Positions 19,645 through 28,377 of a DNA stretch of 64,000 bases are shown piece after piece. The notes below the pieces were generated by a model that worked only from the letters and a program-made list of their open reading frames with translations, made no database searches and had not been told where the DNA came from. Made by a program: the position numbers and the translations under genes. The stretch is taken from NCBI GenBank assembly GCA_048434495.1, contig DBGAQS010000008.1, positions 68,836 through 132,835 on the forward strand. Direction: 5' to 3'. Source of the DNA: Collinsella sp. (lineage in GTDB: Bacteria; Actinomycetota; Coriobacteriia; Coriobacteriales; Coriobacteriaceae). Within the stretch, counting starts at the first letter, position 1, and the number at the start of each line of letters is the position of its first letter.

Positions 19645-19731
19645 CAGCGACCGCCTAGGTTGTGCCAGTTGTGCCTGGCTTTTGAAGCGGCATTGCCGAT
19701 TGTTCAAAATGTCATTCGTGGGTAGAATAGT

Positions 19732-19820
19732 GTCGACGGCAGCCCAAGTTCTGGAAAGCTGGGCAGCGCCGTTGTTTGCATTAGGGGGTCAACGCCTTAG
19801 CGGCGGCGACCCCTTCTGTT
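19732..19820 (+). ncRNA. Candidate antisense sRNA (type I antitoxin)
   Basis: Promoter TTGTTC(19700)-17 bp-TAGAAT(19723); ends in the hairpin AGGGGGTC...GACCCCTT followed by a weak U tract; complementary to the 3' end of the small ORF mRNA. Confidence 0.6.
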
Positions 19821-19922
19821 GCGCTTCGAACGCTGCTTGAGTGCCTCGGAAAGGCCGACAAGTGCCGTGAAGAACGAGACCAAAGCGGTCAGAAGTCTCA
19901 CGAAATCAATCAAATCGGTCAT
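19797..19922 (-). CDS. 41-aa hydrophobic peptide with basic tail, candidate type I toxin: MTDLIDFVRLLTALVSFFTALVGLSEALKQRSKRNRRGRRR
   Basis: Hand translation; RBS GGGAGGTG at 19936-19929; extended -10 TGaTAGAAT at 19995-19987; shorter than the ORFs listed in the track. Confidence 0.7.
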   Translation of the reverse strand: MTDLIDFVRLLTALVSFFTALVGLSEALKQRSKRNRRGRRR

Positions 19923-20006
19923 GGGCATCACCTCCCATCAGATGGAGGGCGCTGCCTGGCACATGGAACTGCCGCCAACAGTATCAATTCTATCAAAGCG
20001 CAGTTA

Positions 20007-20032
20007 GATATGCGAATGTTTGTTCGCATATC
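20007..20032. promoter_or_regulatory. LexA (SOS) box-like palindrome over the -35 region of the small-peptide promoter
   Basis: gatatgCGAATGTTTGTTCGcatatc; one mismatch to the Gram-positive consensus CGAAC-N4-GTTCG. Confidence 0.65.
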
Positions 20033-20111
20033 AGAAGATCGGAACTCGGGCATGGCGAAGGAGCAGTTCCTTTGCCATACCCGAGCTTGTCGCCGAACTG
20101 CTACCTACATT

Positions 20112-20310
20112 TTTCGAGTTATTCGGCCACGCTGCTGGTTCTGCATAAATGCACCACCGGGATTATCTGAGAGTTTTTGTCCTTATTTGAGCGCATACAT
20201 GCCCATTTGCGCACTTACGTCACCGAATCAAACACCGTTAGAGGTATGAATGTTCCTGCGAGGGCATCTTTAGCCATTTAACGACCTCCGACAGGCCGAA
20301 TAACTCGAAA
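20112..20310. repeat. MITE-like element with 17-bp perfect inverted termini
   Basis: tttcgagttattcggcc (20112-20128) / ggccgaataactcgaaa (20294-20310). Confidence 0.6.
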
Positions 20311-20363
20311 TTTGTTGGTGGCGAAAGCGTAACAGTCCTATACGCCAAAAGCCGGCATCTCCC

Positions 20364-20395
20364 ATGTGACAAAGGGACTATCCCTTTGCCACATT
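20364..20395. repeat. 32-bp palindrome (right copy)
   Basis: atgtgacaaagggactatccctttgccacatt. Confidence 0.75.
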
Positions 20396-21257
20396 ATTCG
20401 ATGACGGTGCGGGAGTTTTGCTTGCGCATGGTGGCGAGCATGTGTTTGGGGACGGCGTGGACCATGCAGCTACCGATGGTCGCGCTCGCGGCGGTCTTAG
20501 CTGCATCGCTTGCGTTTTTGGTCGCGTAGCTGTGGCGGAAACGTTTGAGCATGGCAATGTCGTTGCCGCCGTCTCCGTAAACCGCAACCTCGTCCTCGGC
20601 AATGCCGTAGTAGCCCGCCAGCCAGGCCACGCTCTCGCCCTTGTTGCATGCCACATCCGTGATCTCAAACATCACCGGATCGAACGGCGCGTTGACCACG
20701 CGGTCCGAGCGCTCGGCCAGATACGCCTTAAGGTCACGCTCCAGCTCGGGCGAGGTCACGCGGCAGTTGATCTTGCACACATCGTGGCGCAGGATGTCGC
20801 CGATCGACTGATCGAAATACTGTTCCTCGTGATAGCCGCCACGCGCGCGCATGCCGCGCATCACGATACGCTTGATGGGTCTGTCCTTTTTAAAGCCCGC
20901 CTGGTGCATCTCGAACGATCCGCTCGAAAACATGCCATCGGGCGTGGAGCAATCAAAGCAAATGTCCGGAAACTCCTTGAGCAGCTCCTCGGTGATCTGC
21001 GGGTCGATGGTCCAGGTCTTGAGCACCTCGCCATGACTGTCGCGCACAATGGAGCCGTTAGAGCAGCAGGCGTCAAGCGCCAGGCCCGTAAAGCCATGCT
21101 CGCCGATCGGCAGCGTCGAGCGTCCGGTCGCGGGAACCACATGCAGGCCAGCCTCGGTCAGCTCGCGAATGACACGGCGAATGGTCCCGTCTGCCTCGTG
21201 CAGGGCATTCAACAGCGTTCCGTCTAAGTCACTCGCAAACATCTTGATCATGGGCAT
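20394..21257 (-). CDS. Cof-type HAD-IIB family hydrolase
   Basis: ASDLDGTLL, ATGRS, NKG and YGDGGNDIAML. Confidence 0.92.
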   Translation of the reverse strand: MPMIKMFASDLDGTLLNALHEADGTIRRVIRELTEAGLHVVPATGRSTLPIGEHGFTGLALDACCSNGSIVRDSHGEVLKTWTIDPQITEELLKEFPDICFDCSTPDGMFSSGSFEMHQAGFKKDRPIKRIVMRGMRARGGYHEEQYFDQSIGDILRHDVCKINCRVTSPELERDLKAYLAERSDRVVNAPFDPVMFEITDVACNKGESVAWLAGYYGIAEDEVAVYGDGGNDIAMLKRFRHSYATKNASDAAKTAASATIGSCMVHAVPKHMLATMRKQNSRTVIE

Positions 21258-21338
21258 GCCTCTCCTTCGTCTGCACGATATTGTAGACGAGAGCGGGCGC
21301 GTCCCAAGAGAGACGCGCCCGCTAGGCGAAAGATTGTC

Positions 21339-21677
21339 CTACACCGCGGCGGGGCCGTGTTCGCCGGTGCGGATGCGGATAACTTCCTCGACCGGCTCGA
21401 CCCAGATCTTGCCGTCTCCAACGGCACCGGTGCGAGCAGCATTGCAGATAATCTCGACAATTCCGTCGACATGCTCATCGGCGCAAATGAGCGTGAACTG
21501 CACCTTAGGGATCGTGTTGACAAGCAACTCGTTGCCGCGCGCGTATTCCTTCCAGCCATGCTGTGCACCGCAGCCCTGCACCTGGTTGATAGTCATGCCG
21601 CGAACATCGGCAGCAAACAGCGCATCTTTAAGAACCTCAAGCTTTTCCTGGCGCACGATAGCCGTGATCTTTTTCAT
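21339..21677 (-). CDS. glnK: P-II family nitrogen regulator (GlnK-like by synteny with amt)
   Basis: MKKITAIVR, GCGAQHG and TGAVGDGKIW. Confidence 0.9.
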   Translation of the reverse strand: MKKITAIVRQEKLEVLKDALFAADVRGMTINQVQGCGAQHGWKEYARGNELLVNTIPKVQFTLICADEHVDGIVEIICNAARTGAVGDGKIWVEPVEEVIRIRTGEHGPAAV

Positions 21678-21720
21678 AATGAATTCCTCTCAATAATCAA
21701 CGTATCCCTTTACATGAGAC

Positions 21721-21824
21721 GCGGGTTTCCCAGGTGCCGCAGATTGGGTTGAAAGAGGAGCGCCGCGTACTTTTGTACGCAAGCGACGGTTTGAAACCCA
21801 AGGTGCGGTGCCTGGGGAAGCCGC
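21721..21824. repeat. Long imperfect hairpin element between amt and glnK
   Basis: tttcccagg/cctgggga, tgccgca/tgcggtg, ttgggtt/aacccaa and apical gcgtac-tttt-gtacgc. Confidence 0.65.
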
Positions 21825-23101
21825 TAGTCAAGTCCCGAGAAGGAGGGATATGCGCTCTCGCCGTGTTGACTCGCGTCCAGGCCCAGCGCCTCGTCGGCCT
21901 CGTCCACGCGCAGGCTGCCGTGGAACAGCGCCTTGACCACCGCGGCGGTCACCAAGTCGAGCACCAGTACAATAGCGACCGTCACCACAATGCCCAAAAT
22001 CTGCGAGACGAGCAGCGACACGTCGCCCGTGTAGAACAGGCCACCCTTACCGGTCCACGAGAGCTCCGGCACACAGAACAGGCCCGTGAGCACGCCGCCC
22101 AAGATGCCGCCGATGCCGTGGCAACCGAACGCGTCGAGCGCATCGTCGTAGCCAAACTTGGTCTTAAGATGGCTGATGGCCAGGTAGCAGACAGGCGAGA
22201 CGATCAGGCCCATGACCAGCGCCGCCCACGGCTCGACAAAGCCCGCACCCGGCGTGACCACCACAAGGCCCGCAACCAGACCGGTGCTGGCGCCCACCAG
22301 CGTGGGGCGACCGGTATGCACGCGCTCGACGGCAAGCCACGAGACCATGCCCGCCGCGCTGGCCGTCACGGTGTTGAGGATGGCAAGCGCCGCCACGGCG
22401 TCGGCCTTAAACTCGCTGCCGCCGTTAAAGCCAAACCAGCCAAACCAAAGCAGGCCGGCGCCCAGCGCCACAAACGGCACGTTATGCGGACGGTAGCTCA
22501 CCATGCCAAAGCCGCGACGACGGCCGAGCATCAGGCAGAGAATCAGGCCCGTCAGACCGGACGAGATGTGCACCACGTCGCCGCCGGCAAAGTCGAGCGC
22601 ACCGATGATGTCGCCGATAAAGGAGCCCTCGCCGCCCCACACCATGTGGGCAAGCGGCGCATAGACCACGAGCAGCCAAATACCTAGGAAGGCCGCCATG
22701 GCACCAAACTTAACGCGGCCGGCCAGGCTGCCCGTGACGATAGCAGCCGTGATCATAGCAAATGCCATCTGGAAGGCGATGTTGATGATCTGAGGGTAGA
22801 CGGCACCGTCCGACGCGGTGCCCTCAGCCGCCTGCAGCACCTGGTTGAGCACCGGCAAGCACAGCAGCTGGTCAAGGCCTCCAATAAACGGGCTGGAACC
22901 GTCGCCGCCGTAGGCCAGCGACCAGCCGGCAACAATCCACAGCACGCCGACCAGGCCAATGGCGCCAAAGCACATGAGCATGGTGTTGATGACATTTTTG
23001 CGCCTCGAGAGGCCGCCATAGAAAAACGCCAGACCCGGTGTCATTAAAAACACGAGCATGGTGCAGATGAGCATAAACGTTGTCGATCCCGTATCGTACA
23101 T
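21824..23101 (-). CDS. amtB: Ammonium transporter
   Basis: MTPGLAFFYGGL, FQMAFA, DFAGGDVVH, LWFGWFGFNGGS and DDALDAFGCHG. Confidence 0.95.
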   Translation of the reverse strand: MYDTGSTTFMLICTMLVFLMTPGLAFFYGGLSRRKNVINTMLMCFGAIGLVGVLWIVAGWSLAYGGDGSSPFIGGLDQLLCLPVLNQVLQAAEGTASDGAVYPQIINIAFQMAFAMITAAIVTGSLAGRVKFGAMAAFLGIWLLVVYAPLAHMVWGGEGSFIGDIIGALDFAGGDVVHISSGLTGLILCLMLGRRRGFGMVSYRPHNVPFVALGAGLLWFGWFGFNGGSEFKADAVAALAILNTVTASAAGMVSWLAVERVHTGRPTLVGASTGLVAGLVVVTPGAGFVEPWAALVMGLIVSPVCYLAISHLKTKFGYDDALDAFGCHGIGGILGGVLTGLFCVPELSWTGKGGLFYTGDVSLLVSQILGIVVTVAIVLVLDLVTAAVVKALFHGSLRVDEADEALGLDASQHGESAYPSFSGLD

Positions 23102-23205
23102 TCGCTCCCCCTTGATCGCATGAACGTTGTCGGCGCCCATAATGCGACCGAGGAGCAACTGGTGTAGACCAGATACGGCGTTGTTAAACGCTGCGTTGTC
23201 GAATG

Positions 23206-23263
23206 GAAACGGCGCCGCAATCTTGGAAACGGCGCGGCAACGGGCGCGAAACGAACGGGAAAT
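23206..23263. promoter_or_regulatory. GlnR-box-like pentamer array upstream of amt
   Basis: GAAAC/GCAAC/GAAAC/GAAAT at 23226, 23237, 23248 and 23259 (11-bp period), plus GAAAC/GCAAT at 23206 and 23217. Confidence 0.5.
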
Positions 23264-23299
23264 ACGCGAGCAAGGAAGCCGCGAGCGCTCCCATCCCGG

Positions 23300-24319
23300 C
23301 TAGCGTCGGAACAGCTCGCGGGCTCGGTCGCGGAGGTCGGTAGCTCGGATGACGCCCTCGTAGCGGTTGATGCGCAGACGCGGGAAGGCGTTAAAGAAGC
23401 GTAGGTCGCGGCGGCTGAGTGACACGCTCGGCACCGGACGGCTCATGCGCTTGCCGGCAAGGCGACGACTGAGCGACGGACGAGGCATGCTCGGCGCGGC
23501 ATCGGCCACGCGGCGGGCAGCAAGTGCCAGACCGCGGGCACCGTCCGCGATAAACGTCGGCATCGAAGCCTTCTCTCGCAGGGCATCGAGCGTCGCGTCA
23601 CCCAGCTCGGCCAGCCACGCGTTAACGGCACGGCTACGGATGTGCGTCTGTGTCACCGAGTCAATCGTCGATTCGGGAATGCGCTCGAGCATTGAGTCCG
23701 AGGCATCGGCAAGCGACTCATTGATGCGGTCGGCAAGGTCGGCGCGCACGCGCTCCAGCTGATCGGACAGACGCCGCCAGCTCGCCAACGAGCACGCCGC
23801 GTCGACCATCATCGCGACCGCGACGATAAAGGCGGACAGCCGCACAATCAGCACCGGCAGATGGCCAAGCAGCCCCAGCAATGCCGGCTCCACTAAACGG
23901 CAAATGCACAGCGCACCCAGGCCAAACGCGCAAGCCCAGTACAGGCAGATACGTCCGTGCAGGTTAAACGGTAGGTGCGAATAGTCCCAAAAGCGAGCGC
24001 CCGTTGTTTTTTCCAGCAGCACGCCCACGCTGTACTCAATCACGCTGCATACGAGCGCTGCAGCGACAAACTGGCTCGAGGCATCCGGAATCCCACGCAA
24101 CAGCAGCCAGCAGGCAATGCCGCCCGCGCCATAGATAGGGCAGCACGGCCCCAGCAAAAAGCCACTGTTGGCAAATCGTCCGTGGTTGAGCATGGCGCAG
24201 ACTGTCGATTCCCATGCCCAGCCGCAAAAACCGTAGAAGGCAAACGAGAGCACCAGCGCCGAGAGCGGACAGGCGGCGAGCGTCGCGCCGTCAAATGCCA
24301 TATCAATCGCGGTTCCCAC
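23300..24319 (-). CDS. Putative ABC-transporter type IV permease-like membrane protein (DUF1113-like)
   Basis: FYGFCGWAWE, GFLLGPCCPIYG and WDYSHLPFNLHGRICL. Confidence 0.8.
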   Translation of the reverse strand: MGTAIDMAFDGATLAACPLSALVLSFAFYGFCGWAWESTVCAMLNHGRFANSGFLLGPCCPIYGAGGIACWLLLRGIPDASSQFVAAALVCSVIEYSVGVLLEKTTGARFWDYSHLPFNLHGRICLYWACAFGLGALCICRLVEPALLGLLGHLPVLIVRLSAFIVAVAMMVDAACSLASWRRLSDQLERVRADLADRINESLADASDSMLERIPESTIDSVTQTHIRSRAVNAWLAELGDATLDALREKASMPTFIADGARGLALAARRVADAAPSMPRPSLSRRLAGKRMSRPVPSVSLSRRDLRFFNAFPRLRINRYEGVIRATDLRDRARELFRR

Positions 24320-24322
24320 CGT

Positions 24323-24856
24323 CTACCCTCTCCTCTTTTCGTTCGAGCCCTCGTTCGAATCGTTCGCGCCGCCTTTGCGCGGTAGACGGCCGGCGACCGT
24401 CTCGCGCAGCGCGCACCATTTATCTGCCAGGCATACAATCCAAGCCTCACGACACGTCGGCGGCACTGGCACCAGCGGAAACATATGCCGCACGATGATA
24501 TTCCGCTCGCGCGACGTCAGCTCAAAATCTTCCTCCGCACGTGCCAGGGCAAAAAACGGGTGGCGAAAGCCATGCAGCCGATGGCTTGGGTCGGGATCGT
24601 GCCAGTCATAGAGAAAGTAATCGTGCAGCAGGGCCCCGCGTAGCAACGAGGCGCGGTCGACCGAGACACCGACGCGGCCCAGGCGCTCGGCAAAGGACAG
24701 ACTTGCCCGCGCCACCGAGGTCACATGCGCATACACCGTCACATCGCCATGCTGAATAAACTCGCGCGTCAGGTCCAGACGGCCCGCCTGTGCCAGTTGA
24801 CGGGCAGCATGGTCCACTTCGCACGCGATTTTCTCGGCACGAACGACATCGGACAT
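24323..24856 (-). CDS. HD-domain phosphohydrolase
   Basis: QHGDVTVYAH, ALLHDYFLYDWH, HMFPL and CLADK. Confidence 0.85.
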   Translation of the reverse strand: MSDVVRAEKIACEVDHAARQLAQAGRLDLTREFIQHGDVTVYAHVTSVARASLSFAERLGRVGVSVDRASLLRGALLHDYFLYDWHDPDPSHRLHGFRHPFFALARAEEDFELTSRERNIIVRHMFPLVPVPPTCREAWIVCLADKWCALRETVAGRLPRKGGANDSNEGSNEKRRG

Positions 24857-25084
24857 GCTGCCTCCTTCCAGCGACTCACGGCGACAAGCCACGGCCTGTG
24901 CGCAATCGATAAAAACATCATGGAACACATCAGTATGGCATCGGACAAAACGTTTTGCCCCGCCAGTTGGCGAATTACCGCGCCGCCGTCACATATCAAA
25001 CGCCAAAATGTGCGAGACTGTTTTGTGCAATTGTGCCGGCCGAGGGAGCGCCGGCGCTCGATTCGCATGGAGTAACCCACAACG

Positions 25085-26866
25085 ATGCTGCTTACGCAAA
25101 CGACAACGCCCGAGGACGTCAAGGCTCTCGACCGCGCCGAGCTTCCGCTGCTCTGCGGCGAGATCCGTCAGGCAATCCTCGAAAGCTCCGCCGCCGTCGG
25201 CGGGCACGTTGCCCCCAACTTGGGCGTCGTTGAGCTTACGGTTGCGCTTCATCGCGTGTTTAACTCCCCCATCGACAAGATTGTCTTTGACGTTTCGCAC
25301 CAGACCTACGCCCACAAGGCGCTGACGGGGCGCGCGTACACTTATATCGATCCGGAGCGTTATGGTGAGGCTTCTGGCTTTGCCAATCCCGACGAGTCCG
25401 AGCACGACCTGTTCGCCATGGGTCACACCTCGACCTCGGTGAGCTTGGGCTGCGGCCTTGCCCACGCGCGCGACCTGGCGGGCGATGCGTACAACGTCAT
25501 TACCGTTATTGGCGACGGCTCGCTTTCGGGCGGCCTGGCGTTTGAGGGCTTTAACAATGCCGCCGAACTCGATAGCAACCTAATCATCATCGTCAATGAC
25601 AACGACCAGTCCATCGCCGAAAACCACGGTGGCCTGTATCGCAATTTGGCCGAGCTGCGCGCCAGTAACGGTACCTGTGAGCGCAACGTTTTCCGCGCGA
25701 TGGGGCTCGACTACCGCTATCTGGACGCCGGTAACGATGTGTTGGCCCTCGTCGACGCGCTGCAGGAGCTGCGCGACATCGACCACCCCATCGTGCTGCA
25801 CGCCTCGACCGCCAAGGGCAAGGGCTTTGAGCCAGCCCAGAGCGACCCCGAGCGCTGGCATCACGTAGGCCCCTTTGACATGGCGACCGGCCGCAAGCTC
25901 TGCCCGGGCCATCCGAGCGAGCCTGCGCCGCGCACCTATGCCGACATTACGGGCGAGGCGCTCAGCGCCGCCATCGAGCGCGATCCGCAGGTCGTGGGCA
26001 TCACGGCCGCCACGCCCTACATCATGGGTTTTACGCCCGAGCTTCGCGCTGCCGCCGGCAAGCAGTTTGTCGACGTGGGCATTGCCGAGGAGCACGCTGT
26101 GACCTTTGCCACCGCGCTTGCACGCTCGGGCGCCAAGCCAGTCTTTGGTGTGTACGGCACGTTTTTGCAGCGCGCCTACGACGAGCTCTGGCACGACCTG
26201 TGCCTCAACGACGCCCCTGCAACCATCCTGGTGTTTGGCGCATCGATCTTTGGCACCACATCCGAGACGCACCTCTCGTTCTTTGATATTTCCATGCTGG
26301 GCGCTCTTCCCAACATGCGCTACTTGGCGCCGGCCTGCATGGAGGAATACCTGTCCATGCTGAGCTGGTCGCTCGACCACCGCGAGCATCCCGTGGCGAT
26401 CCGCGTACCGGGCATTGGCCTGGTTAGCCGCCCCGATTTGGCGCCCGCCGAGGACACCGACTACAGCGCCGTTCGCTACAACGTGGTGCGCCAGGGCCGC
26501 GACGTTGCCGTGCTCGCGCTCGGCGATTTCTTTGAGCTAGGCGAGCGTGTGGCAAACCGCTTGGCCGCCGAGTACGGTATCGAAGCCACGCTCGTCAACC
26601 CGCGCTTCGCAACCGAGCTCGACCGCGAGTTCCTCGACAGCCTTGCCGCCGAGCATCGCGTCGTCGTCACCCTCGAGGACGGCATCTTGGACGGCGGCTG
26701 GGGCGAGCGCGTGGCGTGCTACCTGGCCTGCACGCCCGTGCGCACGCGCACCTTCGGCATCGCCAAGGGCTTCCCCGACCGCTACGACCCCAACGAGCTG
26801 CTCGCTCAGAACGGCATGACGGTCGAGAACATGGCCGCCGAAGCCGTAAGGCTACTCAACGAGTAA
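25085..26866 (+). CDS. dxs: 1-deoxy-D-xylulose-5-phosphate synthase
   Basis: GGHVAPNLGVVELT, DVSHQTY, GDGSLSGG...N, DVGIAEEHA and FLQRAYD. Confidence 0.92.
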   Translation: MLLTQTTTPEDVKALDRAELPLLCGEIRQAILESSAAVGGHVAPNLGVVELTVALHRVFNSPIDKIVFDVSHQTYAHKALTGRAYTYIDPERYGEASGFANPDESEHDLFAMGHTSTSVSLGCGLAHARDLAGDAYNVITVIGDGSLSGGLAFEGFNNAAELDSNLIIIVNDNDQSIAENHGGLYRNLAELRASNGTCERNVFRAMGLDYRYLDAGNDVLALVDALQELRDIDHPIVLHASTAKGKGFEPAQSDPERWHHVGPFDMATGRKLCPGHPSEPAPRTYADITGEALSAAIERDPQVVGITAATPYIMGFTPELRAAAGKQFVDVGIAEEHAVTFATALARSGAKPVFGVYGTFLQRAYDELWHDLCLNDAPATILVFGASIFGTTSETHLSFFDISMLGALPNMRYLAPACMEEYLSMLSWSLDHREHPVAIRVPGIGLVSRPDLAPAEDTDYSAVRYNVVRQGRDVAVLALGDFFELGERVANRLAAEYGIEATLVNPRFATELDREFLDSLAAEHRVVVTLEDGILDGGWGERVACYLACTPVRTRTFGIAKGFPDRYDPNELLAQNGMTVENMAAEAVRLLNE

Positions 26867-26877
26867 GAAAACCTCCG

Positions 26878-26905
26878 CAAGGGAAGCATCCCTGCGGAGG
26901 TTTTA
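26878..26905 (+). terminator. Intrinsic terminator after dxs
   Basis: aaaacctccgca...tgcggaggtttt. Confidence 0.75.
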
Positions 26906-26923
26906 ATTTTCGCGACGCGATTA

Positions 26924-27058
26924 TCTCAATCTGTAACATCTAGAGCCCGAATTCCCGTCTAACTGTTACAGATTGAGACATTCGAATTCCCCTGAAGAGA
27001 AAATCTCGATCTGTAACAGTTAGAACCCATTTCCTCGTCTACCTGTTACAGATTGAGA
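26924..27058. repeat. Array of four 15-bp arms in alternating orientation at exact 40-bp spacing
   Basis: tctcaatctgtaaca (26924), tgttacagattgaga (26964), tctcgatctgtaaca (27004) and tgttacagattgaga (27044). Confidence 0.8.
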
Positions 27059-27242
27059 CAAAGCAGCGAGGCAGGCCGTCACATCTGCAAGAACCACCAC
27101 AAAGGTGCCTGTCCCTTTTTGGTAGGTAGAATTACCCATAAGGTAAGTATGTTTCTGAGTTATTTCGTGTTGACCCATTTGAGCGCGATAGGGTATAACT
27201 CTACTCAACCGCTAGGGATTTTATTGAGAAAGGTGTTCTACC

Positions 27243-28238
27243 ATGAGCAAGAACCTCTCCCAGCAGGTCGTTCTCGACCGCCGCGGCTTTGTCGCCGCTA
27301 CCTTCGCAACCGTCGCCGGCCTTGGTCTTGCCGGCTGCTCCGACACCAGCGCCGAGGCCGACAAGGGTTCCGCCGCCGGCTCCTCCAAGGGCTCCGAGGA
27401 TACCGAGGTTTCCGCTACGCTCGATGCCAAGGCATTCGACAAGCTCGTCGACAACGGCCCCAAGGCCGATGACGACGCCATCGCCGCCAGCACCTGGGCC
27501 ACGGCCGTCAAGGACGCCGGCGTCTTTAAGATCGGTGGCGTTCAGACCTCCACGCTCTTCTCCCTCCTCAACGAGAAAGACGGTCAGACCCGCGGCTTCG
27601 ACGCCGGTATCGCACAGCTCCTGTCCAACTACATTCTGGGCGAGAACAAGGTCGAGATCACCCAGGTGACCTCGGACACACGCGAGTCCGTCCTGCAGAA
27701 CGGCCAGGTCGACGCCGTCTTTGCCACCTACACCATCACTGACGAGCGCAAGAAGCTCGTCTCCTTCGCCGGCCCCTACTACTACACGCAGCAGGCCATC
27801 CTGGTGCTCGCCGATAACGACGACATCAAGAGCGTCGACGACCTGGCCGACAAGAACGTCGCCGTCCAGTCCGGCTCCAACGGCCCCGCTATCCTGGAGG
27901 AGTTCGCCCCCAAGGCCAGCCAGCAGGAGTTCAAGACCGACGAGGAGGCCCGCCAGGCACTCCAGCAGGGCCGCGTTGACGCCTACGTCATCGATAACAA
28001 CATGCAGCAGAGCGCCCTGGTCCGCGAGCCCGGTAAGTACAAGATCGCCGGCAAGCCCTTCGGCAGCAAGGAGCCCTATGGCATCGGTCTGCCGCTCGAT
28101 TCCGACGGCGTCGCCTTTGTCAACGACTTCCTTAAGAAGATCGAGGACGACGGCACCTGGACTGAGCTGTGGCAGATCTGCATCGGCGACCGTACGGGCG
28201 ACACCAACGTTCCCGAGCTGCCCGAGATCGGCGCCTAA
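27243..28238 (+). CDS. Polar amino-acid (glutamate-type) ABC substrate-binding lipoprotein with twin-arginine signal
   Basis: DRRGF twin-Arg motif, lipobox LAGC, GFDAGIA, ATYTITDERKK and FAGPYY. Confidence 0.9.
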   Translation: MSKNLSQQVVLDRRGFVAATFATVAGLGLAGCSDTSAEADKGSAAGSSKGSEDTEVSATLDAKAFDKLVDNGPKADDDAIAASTWATAVKDAGVFKIGGVQTSTLFSLLNEKDGQTRGFDAGIAQLLSNYILGENKVEITQVTSDTRESVLQNGQVDAVFATYTITDERKKLVSFAGPYYYTQQAILVLADNDDIKSVDDLADKNVAVQSGSNGPAILEEFAPKASQQEFKTDEEARQALQQGRVDAYVIDNNMQQSALVREPGKYKIAGKPFGSKEPYGIGLPLDSDGVAFVNDFLKKIEDDGTWTELWQICIGDRTGDTNVPELPEIGA

Positions 28239-28377
28239 GCTCGCAAGCTGGGCATCAGCCGCTGCGAAACCATACGGAAACGCACGATTCGCTTTATTGC
28301 GCTAAACTGTTTCCTCACTGAGTTGTCGGGGCTTCCGTACACACGGGAGCCCCTTTCCTTATCGGCGGGAGGTCCGC

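Noticed and set aside
26924..27058. Possible mini-CRISPR array
   Set aside because: The repeats are 15 bp and alternate in orientation, and no cas genes are present.
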